Under the pieces are notes generated by a model. It was given only the letters and a program-made list of their open reading frames with translations. It was not told the DNA's origin and did not search any database. The position numbers and the translations under genes were made by a program. Of a stretch of DNA of 64,000 nucleotides, positions 32,076 to 40,997 are shown one piece after another. Numbering within the stretch: the first letter of the stretch is position 1; the number at the start of each line of letters is the position of its first letter. Origin of the DNA: Bacteroidota bacterium (lineage in GTDB: Bacteria; Bacteroidota; Bacteroidia; Bacteroidales; GWA2-32-17); contig JBBIRU010000016.1 of the NCBI GenBank assembly GCA_037441645.1, forward strand, positions 67,042 through 131,041. Reading direction: 5' to 3'.

Positions 32076-32621
32076 TTATTCTTTTTCGACTTGCATGAAA
32101 CTTAATTCCAATGGTGTTTTTCTTCCGAAAATTTTTACCATTACTTTCAGTTTCTTCTTTTCTTCATTCACCTCTTCAATAATTCCTGTAAAGCCGTTAA
32201 AAGGTCCATCAATAACCTTTACTGCTTCAGTAACCAAGAAGGGGCTGTTAATTTCTTCATCGCTTTCAGCTAACTCATCAACTTTACCCAGAATCCTGTT
32301 AACTTCAGACATTTTTAAAGGAGTAGGCTGACCTTCTTTGGAAGCCAGAAAGCCCAACACACCCGTAACATTTTTAATAATGTGTGTTATTTCTCCGACA
32401 AGAATGGCTTCAATCAGGATATAACCCGGGAAGAAGCTACGTTCTTTACTAATCTTTTTTCCGTTTCTGATCTGATAAATCTTCTCCGTTGGAACAAGAA
32501 TCTGGGAAACATATTCCTGAAGATTAAGACGATTAATATCAGCCTCAATATACTCTTTGATCTTCTTTTCTTTTCCGCTGATCGCCTTAACTACGTACCA
32601 ATGTTTCACATTTTCTGCCAT
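32076..32621 (-). CDS. nusG: Transcription termination/antitermination factor NusG
   Basis: NGN domain ('WYVVKAISGKEKK') and KOW domain ('VKVIDGPFNGFTGIIEEV'). I prefer the ATG at 32621 over the GTG at 32630. Confidence 0.97.
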   Translation of the reverse strand: MAENVKHWYVVKAISGKEKKIKEYIEADINRLNLQEYVSQILVPTEKIYQIRNGKKISKERSFFPGYILIEAILVGEITHIIKNVTGVLGFLASKEGQPTPLKMSEVNRILGKVDELAESDEEINSPFLVTEAVKVIDGPFNGFTGIIEEVNEEKKKLKVMVKIFGRKTPLELSFMQVEKE

Positions 32622-32637
32622 AATCTTCACTTAAAGA

Positions 32638-32832
32638 TTAATAGAACATACTATAAATTTGCTTCATGATGTTACTGAAACCGAAGTCCATTAACGATAC
32701 AATAAGCGCTATAATAAAGGAAGCAACCATTACAACTATTGCACTGGATTGAAGCTCTTTCCAGGTAGGCCATGTGACCTTCTGGGTTAACTCAATGTAA
32801 GCTTCTTGTAAATATAATTTTAGTCGTTTCAT
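32638..32832 (-). CDS. secE: Preprotein translocase subunit SecE
   Basis: 64 aa. 'VTWPTWKELQSS' is followed by a single TM helix. Lies directly upstream of nusG. Confidence 0.93.
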   Translation of the reverse strand: MKRLKLYLQEAYIELTQKVTWPTWKELQSSAIVVMVASFIIALIVSLMDFGFSNIMKQIYSMFY

Positions 32833-32846
32833 TATAAAACTCTTTG

Positions 32847-32919
32847 CACGGGTGGAGAGACTCGAACTCCCAGCCTATAGTTTTGGAGACTACCACTCTA
32901 CCAATTGAGCTACACCCGT
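32847..32919 (-). tRNA. tRNA-Trp (anticodon CCA)
   Basis: Manual cloverleaf: acceptor ACGGGTG/CACCCGT, D-arm GCTC-AATTGGTA-GAGT, anticodon arm GTAGT-CTCCAAA-ACTAT, T-arm GGGAG-TTCGAGT-CTCTC. Confidence 0.93.
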
Positions 32920-32922
32920 GTT

Positions 32923-32950
32923 TTGCATGAGAGAATTACCTCTCATGCAA
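32923..32950 (-). other. Perfect 11-bp stem-loop between tuf and tRNA-Trp (no U-run; possible processing or stability element)
   Basis: ttgcatgagag (32923-32933) / ctctcatgcaa (32940-32950) with a 6-nt loop. It lies 10 nt after the tuf stop and 3 nt before the tRNA 5' end. Confidence 0.5.
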
Positions 32951-32960
32951 GGATATTTAA

Positions 32961-34148
32961 TTATTCAACAATTTCTGTAACCTGTCCGGCACCTACTGTT
33001 CTACCACCTTCGCGGATAGCAAAACGGAGACCTTTATTAATAGCAACCGGATAGATAAGATCTACCTGAATTGTAATATTATCACCAGGCATTACCATTT
33101 CCACACCTTCGGGAAGAATCATTTCACCGGTAACATCAAGTGTACGTAAATAGAATTGTGGACGATAATGATTATGGAATGGGGTGTGACGTCCACCTTC
33201 TTCTTTTTTCAGGATATAAATCTCAGCTTTAAATTTGGTATGAGGAGTAATTGAGCCTGGTTTTGCGATAACCATACCTCTTTTAATTTCCTTTTTATCA
33301 ATACCACGAAGTAAAAGACCAACGTTATCACCAGCTTCACCTCTGTCAAGAATTTTACGGAACATTTCTACTCCGGTAACCACTGTTTTTCTCTTTTCAA
33401 AGCTTAATCCGATAATTTCCATTTCATCACCAGTGTTTACAACGCCTGTTTCAACTCTTCCGGTAGCAACTGTACCACGACCGGTAATGGAGAATACGTC
33501 TTCAACGGGTAATAAGAATGGTTTTTCGTTTTCACGGGTTGGTATTGGAACGTATGAATCAACTGCATCCATCAGTTCCATAATTTTAGCTACCCATTTT
33601 GGGTCACCATTCAAACCACCCAATGCTGATCCGCGGATAACAGGAGCATTGTCACCATCAAATTGATAGAAGCTAAGAAGTTCGCGAACTTCCATTTCTA
33701 CCAGGTCTAACATTTCTTCGTCCTCAACCATGTCTACTTTATTGATAAACACAACAAGTTTAGGAACATTTACCTGGCGAGCAAGTAAGATATGTTCTCT
33801 TGTTTGGGGCATAGGACCATCAGTAGCAGCAACAACGATAATAGCACCGTCCATCTGGGCAGCACCGGTAACCATATTTTTAATATAGTCGGCATGTCCG
33901 GGGCAATCTATATGTGCATAATGCCTTGTGGCAGTTTGATATTCAACGTGAGCTGTATTAATAGTAATACCTCTTTCTTTTTCTTCCGGAGCGTTATCGA
34001 TAGAATCGAATGAACGGAATTCAGAAAGTCCTTTTTCGTGTAATACTTTAGTAATTGCAGCTGTCAATGTAGTCTTGCCATGATCGATATGACCAATTGT
34101 ACCTACATTAACATGCGCTTTTGACCTGTCAAATTTTTCTTTTGCCAT
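32961..34148 (-). CDS. tuf: Elongation factor Tu
   Basis: 395 aa. '[10 protein letters not shown]', 'DCPGHADY', 'NKVD'. Confidence 0.99.
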   Translation of the reverse strand: MAKEKFDRSKAHVNVGTIGHIDHGKTTLTAAITKVLHEKGLSEFRSFDSIDNAPEEKERGITINTAHVEYQTATRHYAHIDCPGHADYIKNMVTGAAQMDGAIIVVAATDGPMPQTREHILLARQVNVPKLVVFINKVDMVEDEEMLDLVEMEVRELLSFYQFDGDNAPVIRGSALGGLNGDPKWVAKIMELMDAVDSYVPIPTRENEKPFLLPVEDVFSITGRGTVATGRVETGVVNTGDEMEIIGLSFEKRKTVVTGVEMFRKILDRGEAGDNVGLLLRGIDKKEIKRGMVIAKPGSITPHTKFKAEIYILKKEEGGRHTPFHNHYRPQFYLRTLDVTGEMILPEGVEMVMPGDNITIQVDLIYPVAINKGLRFAIREGGRTVGAGQVTEIVE

Positions 34149-34202
34149 AATTTTTGCAAGTTTTTGTTGAATAATTAATTAAACATTTATTTTTAGTTTC
34201 TG

Positions 34203-34274
34203 AGCCAATGATGGGAATTGAACCCATGACCCCTTCCTTACCAAGGAAGTGCTCTACCCCTGAGCTACATCGGC
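34203..34274 (-). tRNA. tRNA-Thr (anticodon GGT)
   Basis: Cloverleaf: GCCGATG/CATTGGC acceptor, anticodon arm CTTCC-TTGGTAA-GGAAG, T-arm ATGGG-TTCAATT-CCCAT. Confidence 0.93.
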
Positions 34275-34282
34275 AAAACCAG

Positions 34283-34355
34283 AGCGGGAGACGAGACTCG
34301 GACTCGCGACCCTCAGCGTGGAAGGCTGATGCTCTACCAACTGAGCTACTCCCGC
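34283..34355 (-). tRNA. tRNA-Gly (anticodon TCC)
   Basis: Cloverleaf: GCGGGAG/CTCCCGC acceptor, anticodon arm TCAGC-CTTCCAC-GCTGA, T-arm GCGAG-TCCGAGT-CTCGT. Confidence 0.93.
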
Positions 34356-34360
34356 TGGTG

Positions 34361-34443
34361 TGGGGAGAGCAGGATTCGAACCTACGAAGACGTACGTCAG
34401 CAGATTTACAGTCTGCCCCAGTTGGCCACTTTGGTATCTCCCC
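34361..34443 (-). tRNA. tRNA-Tyr (anticodon GTA), long variable arm
   Basis: Cloverleaf: GGGGAGA/TCTCCCC acceptor, anticodon arm GCAGA-CTGTAAA-TCTGC, 14-nt variable arm, T-arm GTAGG-TTCGAAT-CCTGC. Confidence 0.92.
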
Positions 34444-34466
34444 AATATTTTCTAGACGTCACTCAG

Positions 34467-34540
34467 AGCCGATGGAGGGATTCGAACCCCCGACCCGCTG
34501 ATTACAAATCAGCTGCTCTGGCCAACTGAGCTACATCGGC
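34467..34540 (-). tRNA. tRNA-Thr (anticodon TGT)
   Basis: Cloverleaf: GCCGATG/CATCGGC acceptor, anticodon arm GCTGA-TTTGTAA-TCAGC, T-arm GGGGG-TTCGAAT-CCCTC. Confidence 0.93.
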
Positions 34541-34579
34541 ATCTCAAAGAACGTTTTTCAGGTTTTAAAAATCAGACCG

Positions 34580-34587
34580 CAAATGTA
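34580..34587 (-). promoter_or_regulatory. Candidate Bacteroidota -7 promoter box (TACATTTG = TAnnTTTG) for the tRNA-tuf operon
   Basis: The motif matches the established Bacteroidetes sigma-A -7 consensus TAnnTTTG. It lies ~40 nt upstream of the first tRNA 5' end. A single short motif in AT-rich DNA is weak evidence. Confidence 0.3.
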
Positions 34588-34663
34588 TAAATATATTTCT
34601 TAACAGCCAAACATTATTTTAAAATATTTGTATGGTTTTTGAGAGGGATATGAACAATTTTAA

Positions 34664-34704
34664 AATAAACAAAAACGCTGATCCGAATTTATCGAATCAG
34701 CGTT
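34664..34704 (-). terminator. Rho-independent terminator after hpf
   Basis: 13-bp stem with one mismatch: aacgctgatccga (34674-34686) / tcgaatcagcgtt (34692-34704). On the minus strand it is followed by TTTTTGTTTATTTT. Confidence 0.7.
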
Positions 34705-34724
34705 CTGATTTTATGCATTATATA

Positions 34725-35024
34725 TTACTTGCCGGTCTTCTTCTCTTTATACTTTTTTAACTGCCTGTTTAAAGCATCAACAGCAATATCTGTTGCTTCC
34801 TCAAAAGATTTTGACTGTTTTTTAGCGAATAAATTGTTCCCCGGAACTTCCAGTTTTATTTCGGCAACCTTATTATCCATCGATTGTGCTTTATCGAGTT
34901 TCAGGGTTACTTCGGCCTGTACAATGTTCTGATTTCGGGAAATAAGTTTATCTAATCTACCATGAATAAATGTTTCGAGTTTTTGATCTGCATCAAAATG
35001 TACTGATTGAATTTTTACTTTCAT
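34725..35024 (-). CDS. hpf: Ribosome hibernation factor (short HPF/RaiA family)
   Basis: 99 aa. 'MKVKIQSVHFDADQKLETFI...' with the sigma-54-modulation/S30EA fold pattern. Confidence 0.9.
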   Translation of the reverse strand: MKVKIQSVHFDADQKLETFIHGRLDKLISRNQNIVQAEVTLKLDKAQSMDNKVAEIKLEVPGNNLFAKKQSKSFEEATDIAVDALNRQLKKYKEKKTGK

Positions 35025-35045
35025 ATTAATTCCTCCATTTTTTAG

Positions 35046-35927
35046 TTATGCCCGTGGATGAGCTTTTTTATATATAGTACGAAGTTTTTCAAATGAATTA
35101 TGAGTATAAATCTGAGTTGCCGCCAGATTTGCGTGTCCTAACAACTCTTTTATTGCATTTAAATCGGCACCGTTATTTAATAAGTGTGTTGCAAAAGTAT
35201 GCCGAAGTACATGCGGACTCTTTTTTTCGATAGTTGCTACAATATTTATATATTGGGTTACCACTCTGTAAACAAGTTTCGGGTAAAGTTTTTCACCTTT
35301 ATCTGTAACAAATAATTCCGGATTTGTACTTATTTCATTTCTTTCCTTTAAATAATCCTGAATTTCGTTTCGTAAACCGGTATTAAATGGAATTATTCTT
35401 TCTTTATTTCTTTTACCCAAAACTTTAAGAGTATTCTCATGGAAATCGATATCACTTATTTTAAGTGATATTAATTCAGATAATCGAATTCCGGTCATAT
35501 AAAACACATTTAAAATCAGCCTGTTCCGTTTCCCTTCATATCCTCCGCCAAAATCTATTTTTGTAAACATATCCGACATGGGCTTTTCTTCTACAAAAAC
35601 AGGAAGTCTCTTTTTATTTTTAGGAGAGGTTACTTTTTCTGTTGGGTTAAATATAACTAATTTCTCCCGTAAAAGGTATTTATAAAAAGTATTTAATGTA
35701 GATAATTTCCGGTTTACCGACCGGGCTTCGTTTTTTTGTTCCATTAAATTGACAACCCACGATCTTACATGCCTGAAATTAGCATTTAATGGATTTATTC
35801 CATTAAATGAACTTGTTAAAAAAGTTGCAAATTGATTTAAATCGCGTAAGTAAGCATTAACCGTGTGAGCAGAGTACCGTTTTTCGTTTTGAATATATCC
35901 CCCAAATGCACCAATCACATCCATCAT
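35046..35927 (-). CDS. Tyrosine recombinase, XerC/XerD-like
   Basis: 293 aa. SAM-like N-domain and catalytic R...HxxR...Y ('GIRLSEL','HVLRHTFATHLL','LGHANLAATQIYTH'). Confidence 0.88.
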   Translation of the reverse strand: MMDVIGAFGGYIQNEKRYSAHTVNAYLRDLNQFATFLTSSFNGINPLNANFRHVRSWVVNLMEQKNEARSVNRKLSTLNTFYKYLLREKLVIFNPTEKVTSPKNKKRLPVFVEEKPMSDMFTKIDFGGGYEGKRNRLILNVFYMTGIRLSELISLKISDIDFHENTLKVLGKRNKERIIPFNTGLRNEIQDYLKERNEISTNPELFVTDKGEKLYPKLVYRVVTQYINIVATIEKKSPHVLRHTFATHLLNNGADLNAIKELLGHANLAATQIYTHNSFEKLRTIYKKAHPRA

Positions 35928-36007
35928 CTCCGAGTATAAAATGTATTTTATTAAACGAAGAAAAACAAAAAATAGTTACGAAATAACTTTTTGTTAGTTA
36001 TTTTTAA

Positions 36008-36199
36008 CTATTTATCCTGTTGCTGAAGCTGCTGAATGTAGCGGGCTTTGATAATTTCTTCGCGGCGACGAATAGAAGGCTTTTTGAATGCTTTTCTTTC
36101 ACGCAGTTCTTTCATAATCCCTGTTTTTTCGAACTTACGTTTGAATTTTTTTAAAGCTCTGTCGATGTTTTCGCCTTCTTTAATTGGAATAATAATCAT
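36008..36199 (-). CDS. rpsU: 30S ribosomal protein S21
   Basis: 63 aa. 'GENIDRALKKFKRKFEKTGIMKELRERKAFKKPS'. Confidence 0.97.
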   Translation of the reverse strand: MIIIPIKEGENIDRALKKFKRKFEKTGIMKELRERKAFKKPSIRRREEIIKARYIQQLQQQDK

Positions 36200-36277
36200 A
36201 TACTTTTCGTTAATTGAGCCGCAAATGTACGGAAAATTTCAATATGTCCAAACCTTCTTAGTAAATTTATTTTTAAT

Positions 36278-37231
36278 TTATAACTCTATATACTGCTTAA
36301 TCTTATCGCATTGTTCCTGAGTTATCATTTTATCTTTTACCAAATCCTGAATATTTAATATCTTTCCCTGAATTCTTCTGTATTCAAGTATCTTATTTAC
36401 AATATCTTTTGAAAAATACGGATGCCGGATTAATTGTTTGAATTCTGCTTTATTTAAGTTCAGCTTTTTAACTGAAGAAGATTCGACATAAACAAGGTTT
36501 TCGATTTTTGAATACATTTCTGCTGTAAAACCAAAAACTTCGAGTAATTGCTCTTTTGCGACATAACCTCCCAGTAAATCACGGTATTTTAAAATACGCC
36601 TTGTAAATCCGTACCCTATTCCCGGCAATGCACAAAGACCGGCAGAATCGGCAGAATTTAACTCTACGCTATTATCTTTTTTATCAGAATAACTGGTTTT
36701 GTAATACTTAGTACCAGAGTTACTATTCCATTCCTTGTAATTTGTTTTCCATTTTTGTGTATTCTCATTCTCATATTTTTGATTACTACCACTTATGGGA
36801 ATTTCGATATACGGAACCAATTTCTGATAAATTGAATCTTCAAGTCCCCATATCTTTCTCACATCTTCTTTATCCCTGAATTTTCCACCCTTTGAAATAT
36901 AATTTATCCAGGAATGAATCACTTTTTCGGGAATCCCCATCCGCTGTAAATTGTTTTCAGTTACAGTATTCGGGTTAAACAAAGCATATCCGGTTACATT
37001 ATACGAATTGTTATTATTTTCATTATAAGAACCAGAACTGTCCTGATTTTGAACAGAGGATATAAACTTCCCTATCTCGTTTTCGAAAGAAGAATAATCG
37101 ACCTGTTTTTTTCCAAACCATAAACTGACAGTTTGTAACAAAACCAGTAAGACAATGATAATAAACAATAAGACAAGAATTCCATTTCGTTCGGAACGGG
37201 TAAAGGTAAAATATTCGCGAAATTTCCCCAC
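36278..37231 (-). CDS. Membrane-anchored helix-hairpin-helix (ComEA-like) DNA-binding protein
   Basis: 317 aa with a GTG start and an N-terminal TM segment. Three HhH-like units (e.g. 'LNSADSAGLCALPGIGYGFTRRILKYR', 'LNLNKAEFKQLIRHPYFSKDIVNKILEYR'). Confidence 0.75.
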   Translation of the reverse strand: MGKFREYFTFTRSERNGILVLLFIIIVLLVLLQTVSLWFGKKQVDYSSFENEIGKFISSVQNQDSSGSYNENNNNSYNVTGYALFNPNTVTENNLQRMGIPEKVIHSWINYISKGGKFRDKEDVRKIWGLEDSIYQKLVPYIEIPISGSNQKYENENTQKWKTNYKEWNSNSGTKYYKTSYSDKKDNSVELNSADSAGLCALPGIGYGFTRRILKYRDLLGGYVAKEQLLEVFGFTAEMYSKIENLVYVESSSVKKLNLNKAEFKQLIRHPYFSKDIVNKILEYRRIQGKILNIQDLVKDKMITQEQCDKIKQYIEL

Positions 37232-37240
37232 TTGTAAATA

Positions 37241-37440
37241 AAAATTATGTCAGACAGTTGTCAATAGTTGTTAGTAAAAAACAGAAAACAATTGTCACTC
37301 ATTGTCATACGACTGTAAAATCTTAAATCGTTATTCATAAATCGTTCGTGGTTCATTGTTCTTTGTTCACTGCCTCCTATTTCTTTTTTGCTGCATCCCG
37401 CCTCCTTTCTTCTACCGCTTGTTCCTGGTTTTGGTATTTG
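37241..37440. repeat. Composite intergenic repeat locus, copy B (11-bp TTGTCATACG-type units plus reverse-complement of the purine-rich element at 9.1 kb)
   Basis: attgtcatacg/actgtaaaatc at 37300-37321. gttcattgtt at 37351-37360 and ctgcctcctat at 37370-37380 are exact reverse complements of 9169-9178 and 9128-9138. A CCTCC-rich tract runs to ~37433. Confidence 0.6.
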
Positions 37441-37472
37441 GATCCGATAGTTATCGGATTTTGTTCTTGACA

Positions 37473-38552
37473 TCAGTTCCTATTCTCGGCATTTAAATCA
37501 GTAAAAGCAATTTTTAATCGTTCAACCACTGATTTTTCACCATCTCTCAACCATGCGCGGGGATCATAATATTTTTTGTTGGGTTTGTCTTCTCCTTCGG
37601 GATTACCAATTTGTCCTTGCAGGTAAGCCGATTTTTTGGAATAATAATTACGAACACCATCCCAGTAAGCCCATTGCGTATCGGTATCAATATTCATTTT
37701 AACTACGCCATAAGAAATGGCTTCACGAATTTCTTCCCTGAGTGAGCCTGAACCTCCATGGAAAACAAAGTTTACAGGTTTTTCAACTGTATTATATTTC
37801 TGTTTTATAAAATTCTGTGAATTTTTAAGAATGATAGGCTGAAGTTTTACATTCCCGGGTTTATATACTCCATGTACATTGCCAAACGAGGCTGCAATGG
37901 TAAAATTTTCACTTATTTTAAGCAGTTCTTCATATGCATAAGCGACATCCTGTGGTTGCGTATAAAGCTTAGAATTATCTACTTCCGTATTATCTACACC
38001 ATCTTCTTCTCCACCGGTAACACCTAATTCGATTTCGAGAAACATTCCGATTTTTGACATTCGCTGTAAATATTTTTTACAGATTTCGATGTTTTCGTGA
38101 AGTGGTTCTTCGCTCAGATCAAGCATGTGTGAACAAAACAGGGGTTTACCATGCTGTGCAAAATATTTTTCACCGGCATCTAAAAGGCCATCGATCCAGG
38201 GAAGCAGTTTTTTTGCCGCATGATCTGTATGTATTATAACCGGTACTCCATATGATTCGGCCAGATGATGGATATGTACCGCACCTGAAATAGCCCCGGC
38301 AATGGATGCTTCGTATTTGTCGTTGGGCAAAGATTTTCCGGCATAAAATTGCGCACCTCCGTTTGAAAACTGAATTATAACCGGCGAATTAACTACATGA
38401 GCTGCTTCCATAACAGCATTTACCGTATTTGTACCTACTACATTAACCGCTGGAATAGCAAAACCATTTTGTTTGGCAATTCGGAATATTTCTTTCAAAC
38501 CATCTCCCCAGGCTACTCCCGGACGTACTTTATCGAATATTTTTTCAGACAT
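37473..38552 (-). CDS. fba: Class II fructose-1,6-bisphosphate aldolase
   Basis: The start is moved to the ATG at 38550-38552 ('MSEKIFDKVRPGV...'). Motifs 'HTDHAAK', 'MLDLSEE', 'FGNVHGVY', 'HGGSG'. Confidence 0.96.
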   Translation of the reverse strand: MSEKIFDKVRPGVAWGDGLKEIFRIAKQNGFAIPAVNVVGTNTVNAVMEAAHVVNSPVIIQFSNGGAQFYAGKSLPNDKYEASIAGAISGAVHIHHLAESYGVPVIIHTDHAAKKLLPWIDGLLDAGEKYFAQHGKPLFCSHMLDLSEEPLHENIEICKKYLQRMSKIGMFLEIELGVTGGEEDGVDNTEVDNSKLYTQPQDVAYAYEELLKISENFTIAASFGNVHGVYKPGNVKLQPIILKNSQNFIKQKYNTVEKPVNFVFHGGSGSLREEIREAISYGVVKMNIDTDTQWAYWDGVRNYYSKKSAYLQGQIGNPEGEDKPNKKYYDPRAWLRDGEKSVVERLKIAFTDLNAENRN

Positions 38553-38608
38553 AACAAAGTTTTTTTGTGATGACCAAAAATAAAAAAATATACGATAGTA
38601 AAAAAATA

Positions 38609-40954
38609 TCAAAAGGGATAACCTATTCCCAGGTTGAATGCATAATCGTCTCCTGTAATTTTCTTATGCCATTGCAACCATCTCTGGCCAACCGGTTGAG
38701 AGGGATCTCTTCCTTTTAAACCCCAGTCGACTCTGAAAACAAAAAACGAAAAATCAAGCCGTAATCCAAAACCATATCCTATAGCTATATCATTATAAAA
38801 TTTATCCAAGCGGAACTCCGCTCCGGGTCTTTCATCGGTTTTCCGCAAATCCCAGATATTTCCTGCATCAACAAACAAAGCGCCTTCAATTACCCACATT
38901 AATTTAAACCGGTATTCCAGGTTTGCTTCTAATTTGATATCAGCTGTCTGGTTTGGCACCAGCATTAATGAATCGCTGAATGATCCCGGACCCAAACTAC
39001 GTACAGCCCATGCTCTGTTACTATTGGCTCCGCCGCAAAAATATCTTTTTTCAAAAGGAAGTACATCAAGGTTACCATATGGAATTCCTATTCCTCCAAA
39101 AGTACGATAGGCCAGCTTTGTTCCTTTGGAAATAAAATGATAGTACCTGAAATCCATTTCAGCCTTAACAAACTGTGCATATTTTGTATTTAAAATCTGA
39201 TAGCTCCCTTCAACTGTGTTAGAGTGAAGCATATCATTTATTCCTGATAATAAATTTCCTGCGGTTTCCAGTTGCCCTCTTACATAAACCACATCGTGAT
39301 GAATTCCAATATTTGGTTCATTAAATAAAAAACCATAAGAGGTAACTCCCACCAGGTGATTAGTATAACTGTTTTCGAGAAAAGTATTTCTAATTGTATT
39401 CTGAAATTTACCCGAAATAAAAGGAAGGTTTACATAGTTGATTTCAGCCGGATTGAAAAAATGCCTGAGATTCTTATTTCCTTCCCACGAATATCCAAAT
39501 GTAATATTTGAGATGGTTCGTGAATAATCCGGTCGTTGCTGAAAGTTATAGGCTAAGATAAGATTGGTTTTGGGGTTCTTGTTTTTCTTAAATTTTTCAG
39601 AAGAAAATGGCATTAAAAAAGTAGGAAAACTCAGTTTTGATTCACCTCCGATTTCAATTGTATTAAATGGAAGCTGATCCTGGTTTTCTCTTACAACAGC
39701 ACTTTGTCTTTCAATGGCTCCTCTTAATTTAATATCGAATAATTGTGCTCCTTTAAATAAATTCCTGTTCAGATAAATAACATTTCCGGCCAACCCCAGG
39801 TTTCCTGAAGAATTTGTTCCTTCTGCTTCGAGTTTATAAGATTGCTTACTTAATGGTGTTAGCTGTATATAACAATTTAAGAAGTTGGGCTTTGTTGATT
39901 CGAGGAACTGAATATTTACCAATCGAAAAGTTTTTAATGAAGTCAGACTTCTATAGGTTCTTTCAACATCTTTTGAATCATATAGAATACCTGAGTTTAA
40001 ATAGCATGAACGGGTTAAAACCCTGGTTTTAAAATCCAGTTGATTGTTATAGATAAAGAAATATCCATTTTCATGTAAGGTATCAAATGTCTGAAAATAT
40101 TTTTCCCTGTCCTGGATTGCCAGCTTAGGATCGAAATCGGTAAATATAAAAACAGAATCTAATGCATATTGTTTGTGTTTTTCTTTAACAATTCTTCCAT
40201 CAGACAATTGTTTATCATTATCCTGGATGTTTATTTTAAGATTAACTCTATTGTTTCCAACAGTGGTATCCGCATCAAAATATATAAATTCTTTCACAAA
40301 AAAATAGTACCCCATTCTTTTTAACGACTCGGTCATTCTGATACGTTCTTTTTGAAGTACATCTGTATCGAATAGATTTCCTTTTTTAAGGAATGAAGAA
40401 GAAGTATCTTCATTAATAATTTTACTTACATTTTCATCTTCTATTTTATATTCAATATTATTAATCAGATAAGGTTTTCCGGTTTGAATAACATAAATCA
40501 TATTCTTTCTTTTTCTTCTGATTTTGACAGAATCCCTGACACTGGCATTATAATATCCCTTATTCTTTAAATAAGAATTAATTTGGTTACAGGATTTATC
40601 GGCTTTGAACTGATCGAATATTACAGGTTCTTCTCCTACTATATTTCCAAGTTTGGTTTTCCACTTCCTTTCTTTTCCTAAATGCGCTATGTTATATACC
40701 ATCAGGTGAAAACGAAAAAAGGCAAGGATATGCTTATTGGGTTTTTGTTTTATATAACTCTCTGCTTCTTCAAGATTTACATATTTGTTATCGCATTTTA
40801 CCTTAACCCTGTTTAATAAAAATTCGTTTTCAGGCACAAAGCGCGTAGGCGAACAGGAAACAAAATAAATTCCCGCCAGGATTATAACAATATAATTACA
40901 GGTTCTTTTCAACAACAAATGTTTAAGTGGCAAAGATAAACTGAAAACATTCAA
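38609..40954 (-). CDS. Omp85-family (BamA/TamA-like, surface antigen D15) outer membrane protein
   Basis: 781 aa. N-terminal POTRA-like repeats and a C-terminal barrel with 'RYFCGGANSNRAW' and terminal '...AFNLGIGYPF'. Confidence 0.8.
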   Translation of the reverse strand: MNVFSLSLPLKHLLLKRTCNYIVIILAGIYFVSCSPTRFVPENEFLLNRVKVKCDNKYVNLEEAESYIKQKPNKHILAFFRFHLMVYNIAHLGKERKWKTKLGNIVGEEPVIFDQFKADKSCNQINSYLKNKGYYNASVRDSVKIRRKRKNMIYVIQTGKPYLINNIEYKIEDENVSKIINEDTSSSFLKKGNLFDTDVLQKERIRMTESLKRMGYYFFVKEFIYFDADTTVGNNRVNLKINIQDNDKQLSDGRIVKEKHKQYALDSVFIFTDFDPKLAIQDREKYFQTFDTLHENGYFFIYNNQLDFKTRVLTRSCYLNSGILYDSKDVERTYRSLTSLKTFRLVNIQFLESTKPNFLNCYIQLTPLSKQSYKLEAEGTNSSGNLGLAGNVIYLNRNLFKGAQLFDIKLRGAIERQSAVVRENQDQLPFNTIEIGGESKLSFPTFLMPFSSEKFKKNKNPKTNLILAYNFQQRPDYSRTISNITFGYSWEGNKNLRHFFNPAEINYVNLPFISGKFQNTIRNTFLENSYTNHLVGVTSYGFLFNEPNIGIHHDVVYVRGQLETAGNLLSGINDMLHSNTVEGSYQILNTKYAQFVKAEMDFRYYHFISKGTKLAYRTFGGIGIPYGNLDVLPFEKRYFCGGANSNRAWAVRSLGPGSFSDSLMLVPNQTADIKLEANLEYRFKLMWVIEGALFVDAGNIWDLRKTDERPGAEFRLDKFYNDIAIGYGFGLRLDFSFFVFRVDWGLKGRDPSQPVGQRWLQWHKKITGDDYAFNLGIGYPF

Positions 40955-40997
40955 TTATTGAAAATATTATAAGTCCCCTTTTGAATTGATTAAAGAA

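Noticed and set aside
31807-32331. 174-aa + strand ORF spanning rplK and nusG
   Set aside because: It is antisense to two conserved genes and crosses their intergenic gap. It has no motif support.
34208-34529. Three track ORFs (97, 63 and 66 aa) across 34.2-34.5 kb
   Set aside because: They lie entirely over four well-formed tRNA genes (Thr-GGT, Gly-TCC, Tyr-GTA, Thr-TGT). They are translation artefacts of tRNA sequence.
35046-35927. Tyrosine recombinase next to a tRNA cluster as a possible integrated mobile element
   Set aside because: It sits in the housekeeping rpsU-recombinase-hpf-tRNA-tuf arrangement. There are no flanking direct repeats, no partial tRNA duplication and no cargo or phage genes. 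I read it as a Xer-type chromosomal recombinase.
37261-37473. 70-aa minus-strand ORF in the fba-HhH spacer
   Set aside because: It is built entirely from the purine-rich/11-bp repeat sequences and has a low-complexity, Arg/Lys/Gly-rich translation. The same repeat at 9.1 kb does not maintain the frame.
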